Source: Vicugna vicugna (lineage: Eukaryota). From it: 64,000 nt of DNA. Location: NCBI GenBank assembly GCA_013265495.1, contig MU057809.1, positions 806,001-870,000 on the forward strand, given 5' to 3'. The notes below the pieces were generated by a model. The model searched no databases. It saw only the letters and a list, made by a program, of their open reading frames with translations, and was not told the origin of the DNA. Both the position numbers and the translations under genes were made by a program. Below, in pieces: positions 12,425 through 24,580 of this stretch. How positions within the stretch are numbered: the first letter of the stretch is position 1; each line of letters opens with the position of its first letter.

Positions 12425-12478
12425 CTCCGGGGCAGCCTCTGGAGTCCGCCCAGCCGAGTTCAAATCCCGGCTCTCCAG
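12425..12478 (+). mobile_element. MIR 5' fragment
   Basis: ctctggagtccgcccagccgagttcaaatcccggctctcc vs MIR ctctggagtcagacagacctgggttcaaatcccggctctgcc. Confidence 0.55.
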
Positions 12479-13574
12479 GCCACAAGATGGAGGGGTTCCC
12501 ACCCGCCGGCACTGCTGGGAAGCGAACCCCACTTGGCGGGACTTGCTGAAAACGCTGCCCTACCCTGGCCTCAGCTTCCCACCTGTGCAGCGTGGAGCTG
12601 TGGCCGAAGCTCTGCTGGGCCCGGTTCTGGGACCCGCGCGGGGCCGAGGGCGGGCAGCAGGAAGTTGCTGTGGGGCCAGGCCATCCTGGAGAACCCCGGA
12701 GTCTTGGAGGCGGGGCTAATCCCTCTTACTGCTTCTTGCTGTAAATGTCGCTTGTAACTGGGGACATGCCCCCAAGGAAGATGGCCCGTCCCACAGGGAC
12801 CCGGGAGGCCAGCCTCCGAACACCGTGTGTGCCACAGGGCAGGGCCCCCGAACCAGCTGGCCAGCACCTCGTGTGCAAAGGGGGGACAGAGGCCCAGACA
12901 GCTCGGAGCGGGCCCAGAGCAGGGCAGCCGAGGGGTGGGCAGAAGCCTGCCGGCTGCTCCCAGACTCCCAGGGGCCAGGGGAGGCTGCCTGACCCCAGAC
13001 GGCACCCTGATGGGGACCTCACCGGCCAGCAAGCCCGGCCAGGTGAGTAAGGACACCTGGGGCCTGCCTCCTGGGGACGCTGGCCTGGTCTGGTGAGAAG
13101 CCTGTGGCCCTGCCACCCTGTTCCGGAGGTGAGCGGGGTGGGCCAGCCCCCACCTATGGAACGACCACCTGCCCCCTCTGCCTGCCTAGCCCCCGAGGAC
13201 CACAGCTGCCACTGGACTGGAGCATCCCCAGGCGGGAAGGGACGTGCCCAGTGCTGGGCACACTCCCAAGCTCCCCAGACAGCTCCCACCGACTGGGAAG
13301 GGCTTCCCCCTGCTGACACCAACCTGCCCACCAGCCTGCGCCCTGGTTCAGCCTCAGTGGGCGCCCTCCCTACTGAGGTCCCTGTAACGGCCACCAGAAA
13401 GCTGAGAAGCCCTGCCTGTGGCCCGTCCACGGGGCTGGGACGTGTCTGTGCCCTGGGGTCAGCAGAAGGTGGGCACACTCCTCCCCGCCCACGGAGACCC
13501 TGCGAAACCTCCCCTCAACCACACGGTGGGTACAGGACTCGCACGTGGGAGCCACCTGCCCGTCTCACGACTCG

Positions 13575-13880
13575 ATGATAAAAAGACAAAAGACCCAATT
13601 AAGACGTGGGCAAACAACCCGAATGGACGTTTTCCCAAGGACTGTAGACAAACGGCCTCTGGGAGACACGGGTCAAGCTCACAGCGCAACCCACCCACGC
13701 CTACGAGGACGGCGTGCAGGGCAGGTGTGGGCGACACGCTGAGTCGCCGAGCAAACAGTCAGACAGGTCTCCCGGGGTCCACTGTGCGACTGGCGGCCCC
13801 ACCCCTGGAACGCACCCAGTGAAGTGACCACATGTCCGCACGGGGACGTGCACACGGTGCTCACGGCGGTGTCAGCGCAG
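13575..13880 (+). mobile_element. Ancient L1 (L1MA/MB-like) ORF2 end/3' UTR remnant
   Basis: gataaaaagacaaaagacccaattaagacgtgggcaaacaacccgaatggacgttttcccaagg and cacccagtgaagtgaccacatgtccgcacggggacgtgcacacggtgctcacggcgg. Confidence 0.65.
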
Positions 13881-14154
13881 CAGCCGGACCGTGGGAACAG
13901 TCATCCACAAGCAGGAGGTCAGAGGGCAGGCCAGGGCCACCGGAGCCGATCCCCACTGAGACGCACCCGCTCCTCCCCTGGGGTCTCAGGGCCCCTGCCC
14001 GGGGCACGTCCAGACTGGGCCTGGTCGGGCTTCCCGTCGGGCAGGCTGTGTGGACGGGCACCTGTGGTGGGGGCTGCACCCCGGGGCACAGCCAGGCCGC
14101 CCTGTGGCTCCTGGGGCGGGGTGGCACCCCTCAGGCTGCTGGGGAGAAGGGAGC

Positions 14155-14472
14155 TTTCTTATTTAACAAACGGGTGTACTGAGATGTGATTCAGCTACCA
14201 TGCGAGTCCCCCTTTCACCCCTGAGACCATCACCACGGCCTGGAGCAACAGCGTCTTCACCACCCCACAAAGAAGCCCCCCCCATTCCAGCCTCTGGAAC
14301 CTCCTGTCTCCCTTCTGCCTCTGTGGACCTGCCTGTGCTGGACGCCCCGGATGGGTGGTCACACGTGGCCTTTGTGTCCGGCCTGGCACGTGCTTCCGAG
14401 GTTGGTCCGTGCCGTGCTCTGCACCAGGACTTCATCCCTGTCCTGGCTGTACCACACTTTGTTTATCTGTCC
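14155..14472 (-). mobile_element. Ancient L1 (L1MB-like) 3' UTR remnant
   Basis: actgagatgtgattcagctaccatgc...accatcaccac...cttcaccaccccacaaagaagcccc...ttctgcctctgtggacctgcctgtgctggacg...gtggcctttgtgtccggc...gtaccacactttgtttatc. Confidence 0.7.
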
Positions 14473-16329
14473 CCTGGGGTGCAGCCCCCCAGGGACCCCT
14501 CCACCCCGACAAGGTCCAGGCCTGGATGTGCTGGGAAGGGGCTCTGAGACCCCAGGGAAGGAGCAGGTGCATCTCAGCAGGCATCGGCTCCGGTGTGCAC
14601 CTGCCTGCCCTCTGGCCTCCGGCCCACGACCTTGCCAGTGGCTTCCAGAGCTCGCTGGTATGGGTACTTCCTGTGCCGTCTTGCCCGCCCCGGGCCCCTC
14701 TGGGCAGTGATCCCCGTTCCATTGCCCGTGAACATGTTTAGCCTTGTCAGAGTTCAACGCAAACCATTTTTAAACAAAAATAAGAGAAACCACTCTGACC
14801 TTTACCAAGAAAATCCTTTCATTTCTCCCTTCTGCTCTTGATTCTGAGTTTTTTCCCCTAAATGTCAGAAGGGCTGGCTCTCCTGCAGCTGTCAGCTCAG
14901 CACGGGGTGAGGGGGAGCTGGGGGGCAGACGAGGCTCTGGGATGGCGGGGGAGGGGCCACGCCAGCCCGTCCTTCCTCCCACCCCGGCTCCCTGTCCCAG
15001 GGAGGTGCCTTCAGCTCCGACCTAGAACCAGGGGTCCACCCCCACCCCCCGCAGCTGCAGGGTCCTGTCCACTCTCCATGAGACTCGGCTGCCCTGGCAT
15101 GTCTGCACCGGGGCCGCTGCCCTTGAACAGACACAGCTGAACCTGGGCCCTGAGGGACCCTCATCCACCTGCTGGCGCCACTCTGCGTCCCGCCCCTGTG
15201 TTTCTGAGACAAGGCCATGGCCACCGCCCTCATGACCTGGGTGCCGTGGTGGGAATGGGGGTGGGGGAGGGGGGCAGTGCTGTTCCTCAGCTCACCCCGA
15301 GTCAGGGCAACACCCATGTCTGCCCCTGCCAGCTCCACAGACCAGCCGCACCCCAAGCCCCTCGCTCCTCCGGCCGCAGCCCCTCCCCTGGCCTGGGGCC
15401 CGCAAGCCTGCCTCCGAGTCCATGGAGCAGCTGCACTGGCAGGATGCGCCTGCCAACCTCCCCGTGCTCAGTGTCACCCAGCCCCCAGTCGTCTGGTACG
15501 TCGCTCTAATTAAGGGCTGTTCACCTACAATCAGAGTGCAACTTTTGAAAAAGCAAACTGCCCAGTGGCCGTGCTGGCCGTGGCGGGAGACACCCGGGCT
15601 GAGTGTGCTGTGCTGGTGCCCCGGCCTGGGGGCACAGTGGCCATGTGCCGGCAGCTGCCCCATGGGGAGAGACGCTCTGGCTGCCAGGACCCAGCAGGGC
15701 CTCGCCTCAGGGTCCTCCTCCCACTGGACAGCAGAGCGGGCTGCCTGGAGGAGGTGTATAGGCTGCGGGAGGCCGAGGTCTGGGCGTGCAGAACAGCAGC
15801 AGACAAGGGCCAAGCGGGGGGTGCTGGGGGCAGGTGGGGGCGCCCCAATCTCAGATCCTGTCCTGCTGGGCTGGGGGGTCACTGTCCGATGAGACACGGA
15901 GACCACCCTGCACGAGCTCACTCGGTGCCCAGCTCCAGGGGTCCACAGGCGCAGCCCCACTGCCCTCGGCGTCCCAGGGGCAGGACGGCATGGAGCAGGG
16001 CTTCTTCAAGCCCCTCCGCAAGGTGCCCCGAGGACAGAACTGCTCGGGGGCAGGGACGGCCCCCGAAGGGCAGAGATAAGACACCCCCTCCTCGGGGGCT
16101 CCCTCCCTCACCGCCGGTGCAGGGCCTGGCGAGGCTGCCTGGACGTGGCCCGTGTGCGCTGCTGGTGGTGTGTCGCGTTCAGGAGACGGCCCCGTTACGT
16201 CTGGGCACCAGCAGCCTAAGAGGAAAGACGTGACCGGAGCACGCAGGGGGTGTGTCTGAAGGACCCAGGGGCCTGAACCCCCTCGGGGATGACACGTGGA
16301 CACTGCACGTGCACGTCCCGATGACCCGT

Positions 16330-17600
16330 GGCCGAGGGCGAGGTTCCAAAGGAGGGACACGCGCAGACCCAGGGGCGGGATGACAGTCCGCTGTGGTGCG
16401 TCGGGGGCAAGCCGAGGGGACACTGGAGGGCCGGGTGCTCCCCGGAGCAACGGGGAGGTCCCGAGTCGGCCGCCTGAGCCCCCCCTCGGGACACCAGACA
16501 CGGACGAGCAAACTGAACCGGAGCAGGGGACGGGCGGAAGGAAGTACCAGGAGCGAGAGAGCGACTGACGTGAAGGGAAGATCAGAAGTGAAACGGAACA
16601 TCACAACAGACCCCGAGGCCGTTAAAAGAACAAGAAGAAAAATGCAAGCCAAGACCCCTTTATGCTCACACACTTGACAACCTAGAAAGGCCGGGCAACC
16701 CCGGGAGCAGCGCAGGCACCGCAGCTCACCCGGGACGCGGCAGAGCCCGAGCAGCCTGTGACGACAGGGCGCCTCCAAGAGCAATCTCCAGCCCCAGGCG
16801 GTCTCACTGCAGGATTTCACCAACATCTAAACAAGAATTAACACCGATTTTACACAATTCCTTCCAGAGGAGAAGAGAGGACACACTCTCTGGCCAGCAC
16901 CACCCTGACACCAGGATCGACCAGCACAGCGACAAGGACACGAAGAAACGGGAAAACCCGGTCCAGTAGCTCCCGTGAACTTCGGCGCAAAAAACCCTCA
17001 ACAGATGCCGGCAAACCAAACCTGGCAACGGACGAAGAGGAGACCCGCGCCGCAACCAGCTCGAGCCCGCCTTGGTGTAAGGCTGTCGGACGTCCGAGAA
17101 TCAGTCGACGCGACCTGCCTGCCGCACCCACAGGCTAATACGGCACCCGACAGAGCCAGCGCCCGCTCGCAGGGACACCTCTCGGCAGAGCGGACCGAGG
17201 GGCCGGCGGGGGCAGGCGGGGCTGGCGCGGGCGGCACACGCAGGCCCACCAGCGGGCGGAGCAGAGACCCGGGGGAACCCACACGAACACGCCCAGCCCG
17301 GTTTAAACAGAACCGGGAAGGCAGTTCCGTGGCGCAGGGGCAGCCCCCCAGCGGTGCTGGCGCGGGTCAGCGCCCCCAGTTAGAAAAAAGAGACTTCGAC
17401 TTAAGCCTCGTCCCTCGGACAAAATGTGACTCAGACTGGACCCTGGACTTAATCGTCAAAAATTAAACCGTAAAACTAAAAAACAAACCCACACACAGAA
17501 GAAAAACGTCGGGACTGAGGGCTGGGCAAAGGAGTCTCAGACTGGACACCAGGAACACAATCCACGAGTAAAACAGCGAGAACGGCCGCACGCGGCACCT
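16330..17600 (+). mobile_element. Ancient L1 ORF2 remnant (post-endonuclease to RT region), extremely GC-shifted
   Basis: atcagaagtgaaacggaacatcacaacagacc...ctttatgctcacacacttgacaacctaga...ggatttcaccaacatctaaacaagaattaacaccgattttacacaattccttccagagg...ggccagcaccaccctgacacca...gcaaaaaaccctcaacag...ggacttaatcgtcaaaattaaaccgtaaaact, collinear with L1 ORF2. Confidence 0.8.
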
Positions 17601-18889
17601 GCGACGTGCAGACCCCGGGGGGCTGGCTCGGCTTCTGGAAGCCACGCCCCGGTCGGCTTTGCCCAGGGCCCCCGACCCCCACCCCGGCTCAGCGGACACT
17701 GACGGGGCCTCCCCCTCCCACTTGTGCCTCTGACTACCGCCTGTCCCTGATCTGAGGGCAGGGCCGTCCGCCTGTCCCGCTGTATTCCCAGGACACACCT
17801 GACTGGGGGGGGACAGGCGGCCAGCCGACAGGAGGGTCACCTCGCCCACATGCTCGGCCACCCCGAGGCCGGCTTTCTGCTCCTGCGCCGGCTTTCCTGG
17901 CAGAAGCTCCCTGGGTTCCGGACAGGAGACTGTGGCCGCGCAGCCTAGGGGAGGCAGGCTCGTGGGCGGCTGTCCCTGCAGTGACAGGAAAAGTCCACGT
18001 TTGGATCCGTGGGCGACATGCACCTGACTGGATGCAGCTCCTGGTGGCCCTGCCTTCTGCAAAGCCAGCCGTTCGCACCTGGCCTGGCTCCAGGGACGGA
18101 GGGCTGGGAGGACGGGGGAGGCCGGGCCAGCTCAGGCAGGGCCGTGCCCTGAGCGGGCCCTCCTTGCCTGGGACACTGGGTGGGGACCAGGCGGCAGGCA
18201 TGCACGAGGCCCGCTCAGGGCCCGGCACTGTGGGCCCAGTGCTGCCTGCAGCCGCCTTCCCGCTGCCACCACACCCCACGCTCACAGGTGGCCGCCCAGC
18301 TGCTCCCTGCTGACCCCTCCACTTGGGTAGCCCCACCTCAGAGCTGGCTGACGGGCCTGGCGGTCACACATCCGGCTCTGAGGCGGGGCAGACCAGCTTC
18401 CAACCTCGGCTTGACACCTAGAAGCTGTGACCCTCTCTGGGTCCGTCTTGCACCCAGGCAGGGGCGGCTGAGAAGACGAAGGTGCCTGGCTTGAGGGACA
18501 TGCCACCAGCGTTGGCCCGGGCTCAAGGTGTGGCTCGGCCTTAGGCCACTCCTGCCGCACGGGGCGTCTTCCACCAAACCGGGGCCCCCCAGACCCTCAG
18601 GCCACGGGAGGACACGGGCCTCCCCCCCTCACCCAGGGGCCAGCTGGCCCGCCCAGGTGGCCCTGGCGCCCGCGATCGGGATCCACGCAGACGCTGCTCT
18701 CAGCCGGGGAGGGGGAGACTCCAGCCCGAGGGGGCTGCAGGGAAGTCGCAGCGCCCCGTCTTCAGAGATGACCAGGGCCTCTCAGCCAAGATCAACCCCT
18801 ACCAAGCGCGCTGTGCTCACAGCCTCAGCCTGTCAGCCAGCACTGCCTTAACTTCCGTGCCGGAGGAGCCAGGAACGTGCGCGCGGGTG

Positions 18890-19050
18890 CACTCACAGCG
18901 CGACGCTCACACCCGCGACACGCTCACACCCATGACATACCCGTGACACTCACACACGACACGCACACTTGTGACACGCTCACACCCGTGACACACCCAC
19001 GACACAAACACCCACCACACGCTCACACCTGCGACGCTCACAGCGCACAG
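18890..19050. repeat. Degenerate CA-rich minisatellite, ~17-nt unit G(C/T)GACACGCTCACACCC
   Basis: Clear units at 18915-18931 (gcgacacgctcacaccc) and 18971-18987 (gtgacacgctcacaccc), with several truncated units between and around them. Confidence 0.8.
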
Positions 19051-19119
19051 TCCAGGCCCAGCGCGGGGGAGGCCGCTGCGTAGTGCACAGGAACAGGAAC
19101 TGGCCGGCTGGCTCACAGA

Positions 19120-19235
19120 GCTGGGATTAAAGGTGGTTCGCGAAGGTTTTCTGCATTTTCCAGGTTTTTGTTTTTGTTTTGCTTTTCTTACTATGACTAC
19201 AGATTATATTTGTAACCACGAAAAACTGCATCTAA
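19120..19235 (+). mobile_element. Ancient L1 (L1MC4/L1ME-like) extreme 3' end
   Basis: gggattaaaggtgg...ttctgcattttccagg...ttttcttactatgactacagattatatttgtaaccacgaaaaa. Confidence 0.5.
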
Positions 19236-20829
19236 ATTATATCCACAACAGCGAAACAGCTTTGAGAACAGACAAGCACCCATGGCGTCCCTGCTACAGA
19301 CACGTGCTGACGCCTGGCTTCACGGCTGGACGGGCCTGGGGCCGTGCGAGGCTGGGCTGTGATGGGGACACAACATGTCTGGGCCTGGGACTCACGGGAC
19401 ATGAGTGAGCTTGGCCCTGAAGGTGGTTTGGGTGGGGGCGCACCTGGCTGGCTCCCCCCCCAGATCCACCCCACCTGTGGGAGGGCCCTCCATGGGTATG
19501 CCCGCCTGCCCCCAGGTGTTCTGCCCCCACGTGAATTCCCACCTGGTAGCCTGCAGACACTGGTGGAAGGCACAGAGCCCACCGCCCGCCTGTGCTCCGG
19601 GGAAGAGGCATGCACAGCCGGCTCCCAGCTGCTCGAGGAGCTGCGCCCGAGGAGGACAAGCTGTCACCGCCGACAGCGGGCTGCTCTCTCCCACGCCCTG
19701 GTGCCGCGATGCCCCCGTCCCATCCCAGCTGCTGCAAGCCTGCCAGCTCGTCCCAGCCGCCTCCAAAGCCTGGCCTCCCCATCCTGTGAGGTGTACGGAC
19801 GCTGGACGCTGCCCTCAGCTCCGACGCACGGCTGCCTGGCCCACGGGCAGCCCTCAGGGCAGTGGGTGCCTGGGGGGCGGCCGCTGCTCTCTGGGTCCCT
19901 GGAGCTCAGTGCAGGTGGCCCTGGACACTGGGCTGCGTGAACAAGCGAAGGACAGGGTGGCAAATGGGTCAGGATGGCTTGGCCAGGATGCTGAGCATGC
20001 TGTCCCGGCCCGAAGTTCCAGGGAACAGAAGCTGGCGGAAAAGCACGTCCAGCACGGGGAAAATAGCTCCCCAATTATCTCTGCTAATTGCTCCGAGAAG
20101 AACGTCTAAATAGTGCGTGTCCTAATTACACCGGCGTTGTTGGAATTCACGGACCCGGCGAGGGTGACCTTTCCCGACAGGGACTGCGGGGAGGGCAGGG
20201 CCAGGCCCGCCACAGTTGCAAATTGGTCTCTAACCCACAATTATTATTATTATTCTATTTATACGGCTTCCACTCTCCTAGATGTCCCGTTTTAGATCCA
20301 CACGCAGCTGCACCCGCAGCCTCACGAGGGAGAGGAGGGCGCACGTGGGCGGTGAGGCCCGAGCGGTCATCTCAGGAGCCTCGCCATCACAGGTGGGCGC
20401 CCCAGGCCAGCAGTTCACCGGCTCAGGCCTGGACCAGGCCGCCTTCTGGTCCCCGTGGGCAGCAGGCCCGGGGACGGGTGTGGGTGCCGCCGGAAGAGGG
20501 GCAGTGGAGGGGCCAGGGCCCCCGGAGACAGGCAGCAAGCCCGTCCAGAGGTTCTCTGGGCGCAGTGAGGGAGCGGCCCCGGCAGAGCCGGCGGCTCTCT
20601 GAGCTGAGCGTCTGGGGGGACCCAAGTGGCAGAGGGTGCGGGAGAGGGCCGCGCCTGCAGGAGAGACGGAGCGGAGGGCCCCCGAGTCCTCGGCAGAGCC
20701 CCGGCCAGCACACGAGTGCGAGAGATCACCTGAGACCCTGAAAAGCCACCCGCAAGGAGGACGTCGTCACGGGGCTCAGGCTGCGGGCTGCCGGGGGTGG
20801 GGCCCGGCTCACCCTCAACCACCTGCTGC

Positions 20830-23800
20830 TCTGGTCCTGCTCACAAACCCAGATCAAGACCTGAAGGAAGTACAGAGTTTCCAAGTAATTACCTGCAGCC
20901 CTGAACAGGCTCAGGAAGAGTCACGGGAAGGCGAAAACACCCAGCCCCCAGCAGCAGAAGCTCACCGTGCCCGGCGCCCACCACGGATGACAGGCGCACA
21001 AAACCCAGGAGAACGCGGTTCCCGCTGGAGAGAAAAGCCAGTGAACTGACACTGGCCCAGAACTGACACCGACGTGAGAGTCGGCAGACGACAGTCAACC
21101 AGTTATTACAACTTTATTCCACGTGTTCAAAAAGTTGAAGATTTAAAAGACACAAATGAGAGTGAAGTCGGACTTCTAAAGGCGAAGGTGACGGCGCACG
21201 AGGTGCGAGTGTCCGGGGAGGGACTCACGGCAGGTCAGGGAGCCTGGAAACCCAGCAGCAGACGCCACTCGGGACGGACGGGGAGGAGGAGGGCGGGAGT
21301 GGGCCGCGGGCCGCGCGGTCGCACCGAACACACCTGAGCCTGATGGAGGGGCAGGGATGCGTGTGCCGGCGGCTGCCGGTGACCCTGCCTCCTGGCCGTT
21401 GCACCCGCACAGACCACTGCCCTAGAGCGTGGTTCACATGGGCGGCGAGATGATGGGTGGTGACTGTCCTGCTCTCACTCTCTGGTCCTGGCCTCCGAGG
21501 GATCCAGACGCCATGCTGTGACCCGTCCACGTGACGAGGAACTGAGTGCTGCCCACACCCACGCGAGCGAACTCGGGAGCCGATCCTCTCCCAGGAGGGA
21601 CGTGAAGTGACCGCGGCTCTGGCCGACAGCCTGACCGCAGCCTGTGGGGGGCCACGAGGAGGGGCCGGGCCAAGCGCACTCGATTCCTGGCCTTTGGAAA
21701 CTGCGCCCCTGAGCTGGGGGAACCTGTTATTCAGTGACAGATTACCACCGTAGGAGGACGGGGAGAAACACGTGGAAAAAGTTACAGCCCAAAACATCTG
21801 AAATTTGATAACGACGATAGACCAGCAGACCCCAGAAGTTCAATGAACCCCAAGCACGAAAAACAGATGAGGAGAATGACACCAAAGTACATGGTAATCA
21901 GATTACTGGAAACCAGTAATTAAACATTTTAAAGCAGCCAGAGAAACAGACACGTGCGCAGAGGAGCGAGGAGGGCCGGCGGCAGACTTCCCACGGGAGA
22001 GGATGCAAGCCAGGCAGCGGTGGAACCACCGCCAAACAAAACGCGTCAACCTACAGCTGTGCACCCGGTGGGAATGAAGACGCCTCCAGACACGCTGGAC
22101 CTGAGGAAGCCATCGTGAAGGAAGCCCTTCGCAGAGGAGGAAGATGAAGGTGGAAACACGGACGCACACAAACGAGTGAAGCGCGTCTCATCCCTTCAAA
22201 CAGACGAGGAGGTGGTGGCTGCGCATAAAACACGTGAAAAAGTTGAAGTACTGTTCAAATCTCTTTAAAAAGTAGTTGACTATTTAAACAAAAACGGTAA
22301 CAGTGTATGATGAAGTCCAAAAGACGTGTATAAGTAAAACACGTTTCAAGGAGACGCCCGAGGCAGGGAGGGGGGAACTGGGAGGGGTAAAGCGAAAGAG
22401 CCCGAGGTTTGCGCCGCCTCCGTGAACGGCGTTGCGCCACTCGACGGCGACCGCCGTAGGACGGACACTAAGTCCCAACGCAATCTGCGGAGCATGATAG
22501 AGACACAGCCAACAAGTCAAAGGAGACACGTGGCTCCGTACAAATTATTCAGCTCATCAAAAGAAGGCAGAAGAAGAGAACGAAGGAGGGGACGAACCGG
22601 AAAGAAGTGACGGGGCGACGGGCAGGACCCCCATCAGGGAGGAGCCAGCTTAGACGTAAACAGGCTACAGAGCCCCGTGAAGAAGACGGAGGCAGTCAGA
22701 CCAGACGCACACGCGAGGCCCGACGGCCGTGAAAAAGAAAGAGAATGAACAGATACACCACAGTAACAGAAGCCAAGGCCGGGGTGGCCACAGGAACACC
22801 GCCCAGAACAGACGTCAGAACAAAGAATGCTACCGAGGGTGAACGTCATTTCTAAACAAGAAAGGAGTTAATTTATACCCGAAATAAAAACCAGCAGAGA
22901 TGCAGGAGGGAAGAGACAACTCCACAGTTACAGTTGGAGATTTCAGCAGCCCTCTGTCAGCGGATGAAACAAAAGGCAGAAAACCCACAAGGATATAGAA
23001 GACTTGACAGTACAGCCAGAAACAACCCTGACCGGACGCCTGGCGTGGACCCTAGCCGAATGCGAACGACTTCCAGGCACATTTACCTACACAGACAGCA
23101 TTCTGGACCTTAAAACAAACCCCAGCGTGTTTAAAAGGATTCACGTTGTACAAAGCATGTCTCTGACCACAGAGAAGTTAAATCAGAAGCAAAGAACAGA
23201 AAGACATCAGGGAATTTCAAAGTATTTGCAAACTTCATGACATACTTCTAAACAGCCGGTGGGTCAAAGACGGAGTCATAAGGTCACAGTGCTTGCAGCA
23301 GAAGGAAGACAAAAAACAAAGCGTCAGCATTTGAGGGACACCACCAGAGCCGACCTTGGGGGGAATTTACAGCACTGAACGTCTGCATTCGAAAAGCAGG
23401 AGAAGTTAAATCAAGACTTTAGCTTCCACCTTAAGAAACTAAAATGAGGGTCCACTAGACCCAAAGCAAGCACAAGAAAGAGAGCATTTCTCTGAAGATC
23501 AGACCAGAAATCAGTGAAACAGGAAACAGAAAAATATTGGGAAAAAATGAAACCAAAAGTGGTTTCTTTCAGAAGGGTAATAAAATTAATAAACCGGTCA
23601 GATCAATCAATTAACTGACTAATTCCAACTGCTTCTGAGACAAGCATCGCCACGACACCACGATCAGACAGCGCTGCTGCGAGGAAGTCACAGCCCAGCG
23701 GTCCTCGGGAAAACATGCGAGATTCCACACAAAGCAGGAGGGAAGCAATGCGTGTGCAATAACACGCGAGAAAGGTGCTGCGAGTGGGGCCCGCCCCCAG

Positions 23801-24580
23801 CGTGCAGGCTGGTTTGCCTTTAGAAAACCAAAGCGCTGCAACGTACTAACAAAGTGGAGAAGAAAATCTCTTCAGATGGTCTCAACAGACGCAGACCAAG
23901 CAACCGACCAAGCCCAGCACGCATTCCTGAAAAAAATCCTCGGCGAAGAGGGATTAGAGCAGAGCTCCCTGAGCACGTGAAGGCATCTCTGACTGACCCA
24001 CAGCTGGCACCACACTCAGCGGCTTGAGGCTGAATGCGTCCCCTCTCCCCACCTCTGTCCAGCGCTGTCCTGGAGGTGCTAGCCAGGGACTAAGGCAGGA
24101 AGAGGAAAGCAAGCGGCCCAGCGTGGACAGGCTGCACTCTCAGGTCACACCCCGTCTCTGCAGCGAAGCCGGCAGCACATTAGGAAGCTCCCAGAGTCAG
24201 TACGTGAGGTCAGCAGGCGCTCAGATAGAAGATGGCTACACAGCAACCAACTGTTCTTACCCACTAGCCACAAAGAGAAGTTAAAAGTAAGAAACAACTT
24301 ACAATGGCATCGAAACGCGGAGCACGGAGGGACGGTCTGGCGGAAGGTGTGAGACACCTGTCCTGGAAACGAGTGCCTGCGGGAGAGACGCCGGGGCTGC
24401 AAGGCTCCGGCTGCTACAGGGCGGTTCTCCCCCAGGATCCGCCACTTCAGTGTATCCGAGTCAAAATCCCAGAGGCTCTCACTGTAGAAGGTGACAGCTG
24501 AGTCCAATGTTAACCTGGAAATGCCAAGAGCCTGGGCTGCCCCCAAGCAACTCTGGAGAAGAACAACGGTGAAGGCCACT
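20830..24580 (+). mobile_element. Long ancient L1 (L1MC/MD-like): 5' region, ORF1, inter-ORF, endonuclease and part of ORF2; antisense to MAD1L1
   Basis: ORF1-like blocks (agttattacaactttattccacgtgttcaaaaagttgaag; agaagttcaatgaaccccaagcacg; ttttaaagcagccagagaaac) and endonuclease-like blocks (actccacagttacagttggagatttcagcagccctct; ggatatagaagacttga; agcttccaccttaagaaacta; tggtttctttcagaagggtaataaaattaataaacc). A late ORF2 block (tcaaaatcccagaggctctcactgtagaaggtgacagctga) follows. All frames are disrupted. Confidence 0.8.

Noticed and set aside
11612-12757. 381-aa ORF antisense to the last MAD1L1 exon
   Set aside because: No domain similarity; a shadow of high-GC3 coding sequence and GC-rich flanks.
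13040-13048. Perfect plus-strand donor CAG|GTGAGT suggesting an antisense spliced transcript
   Set aside because: No clean upstream acceptor/exon or promoter evidence; isolated consensus donors are common.
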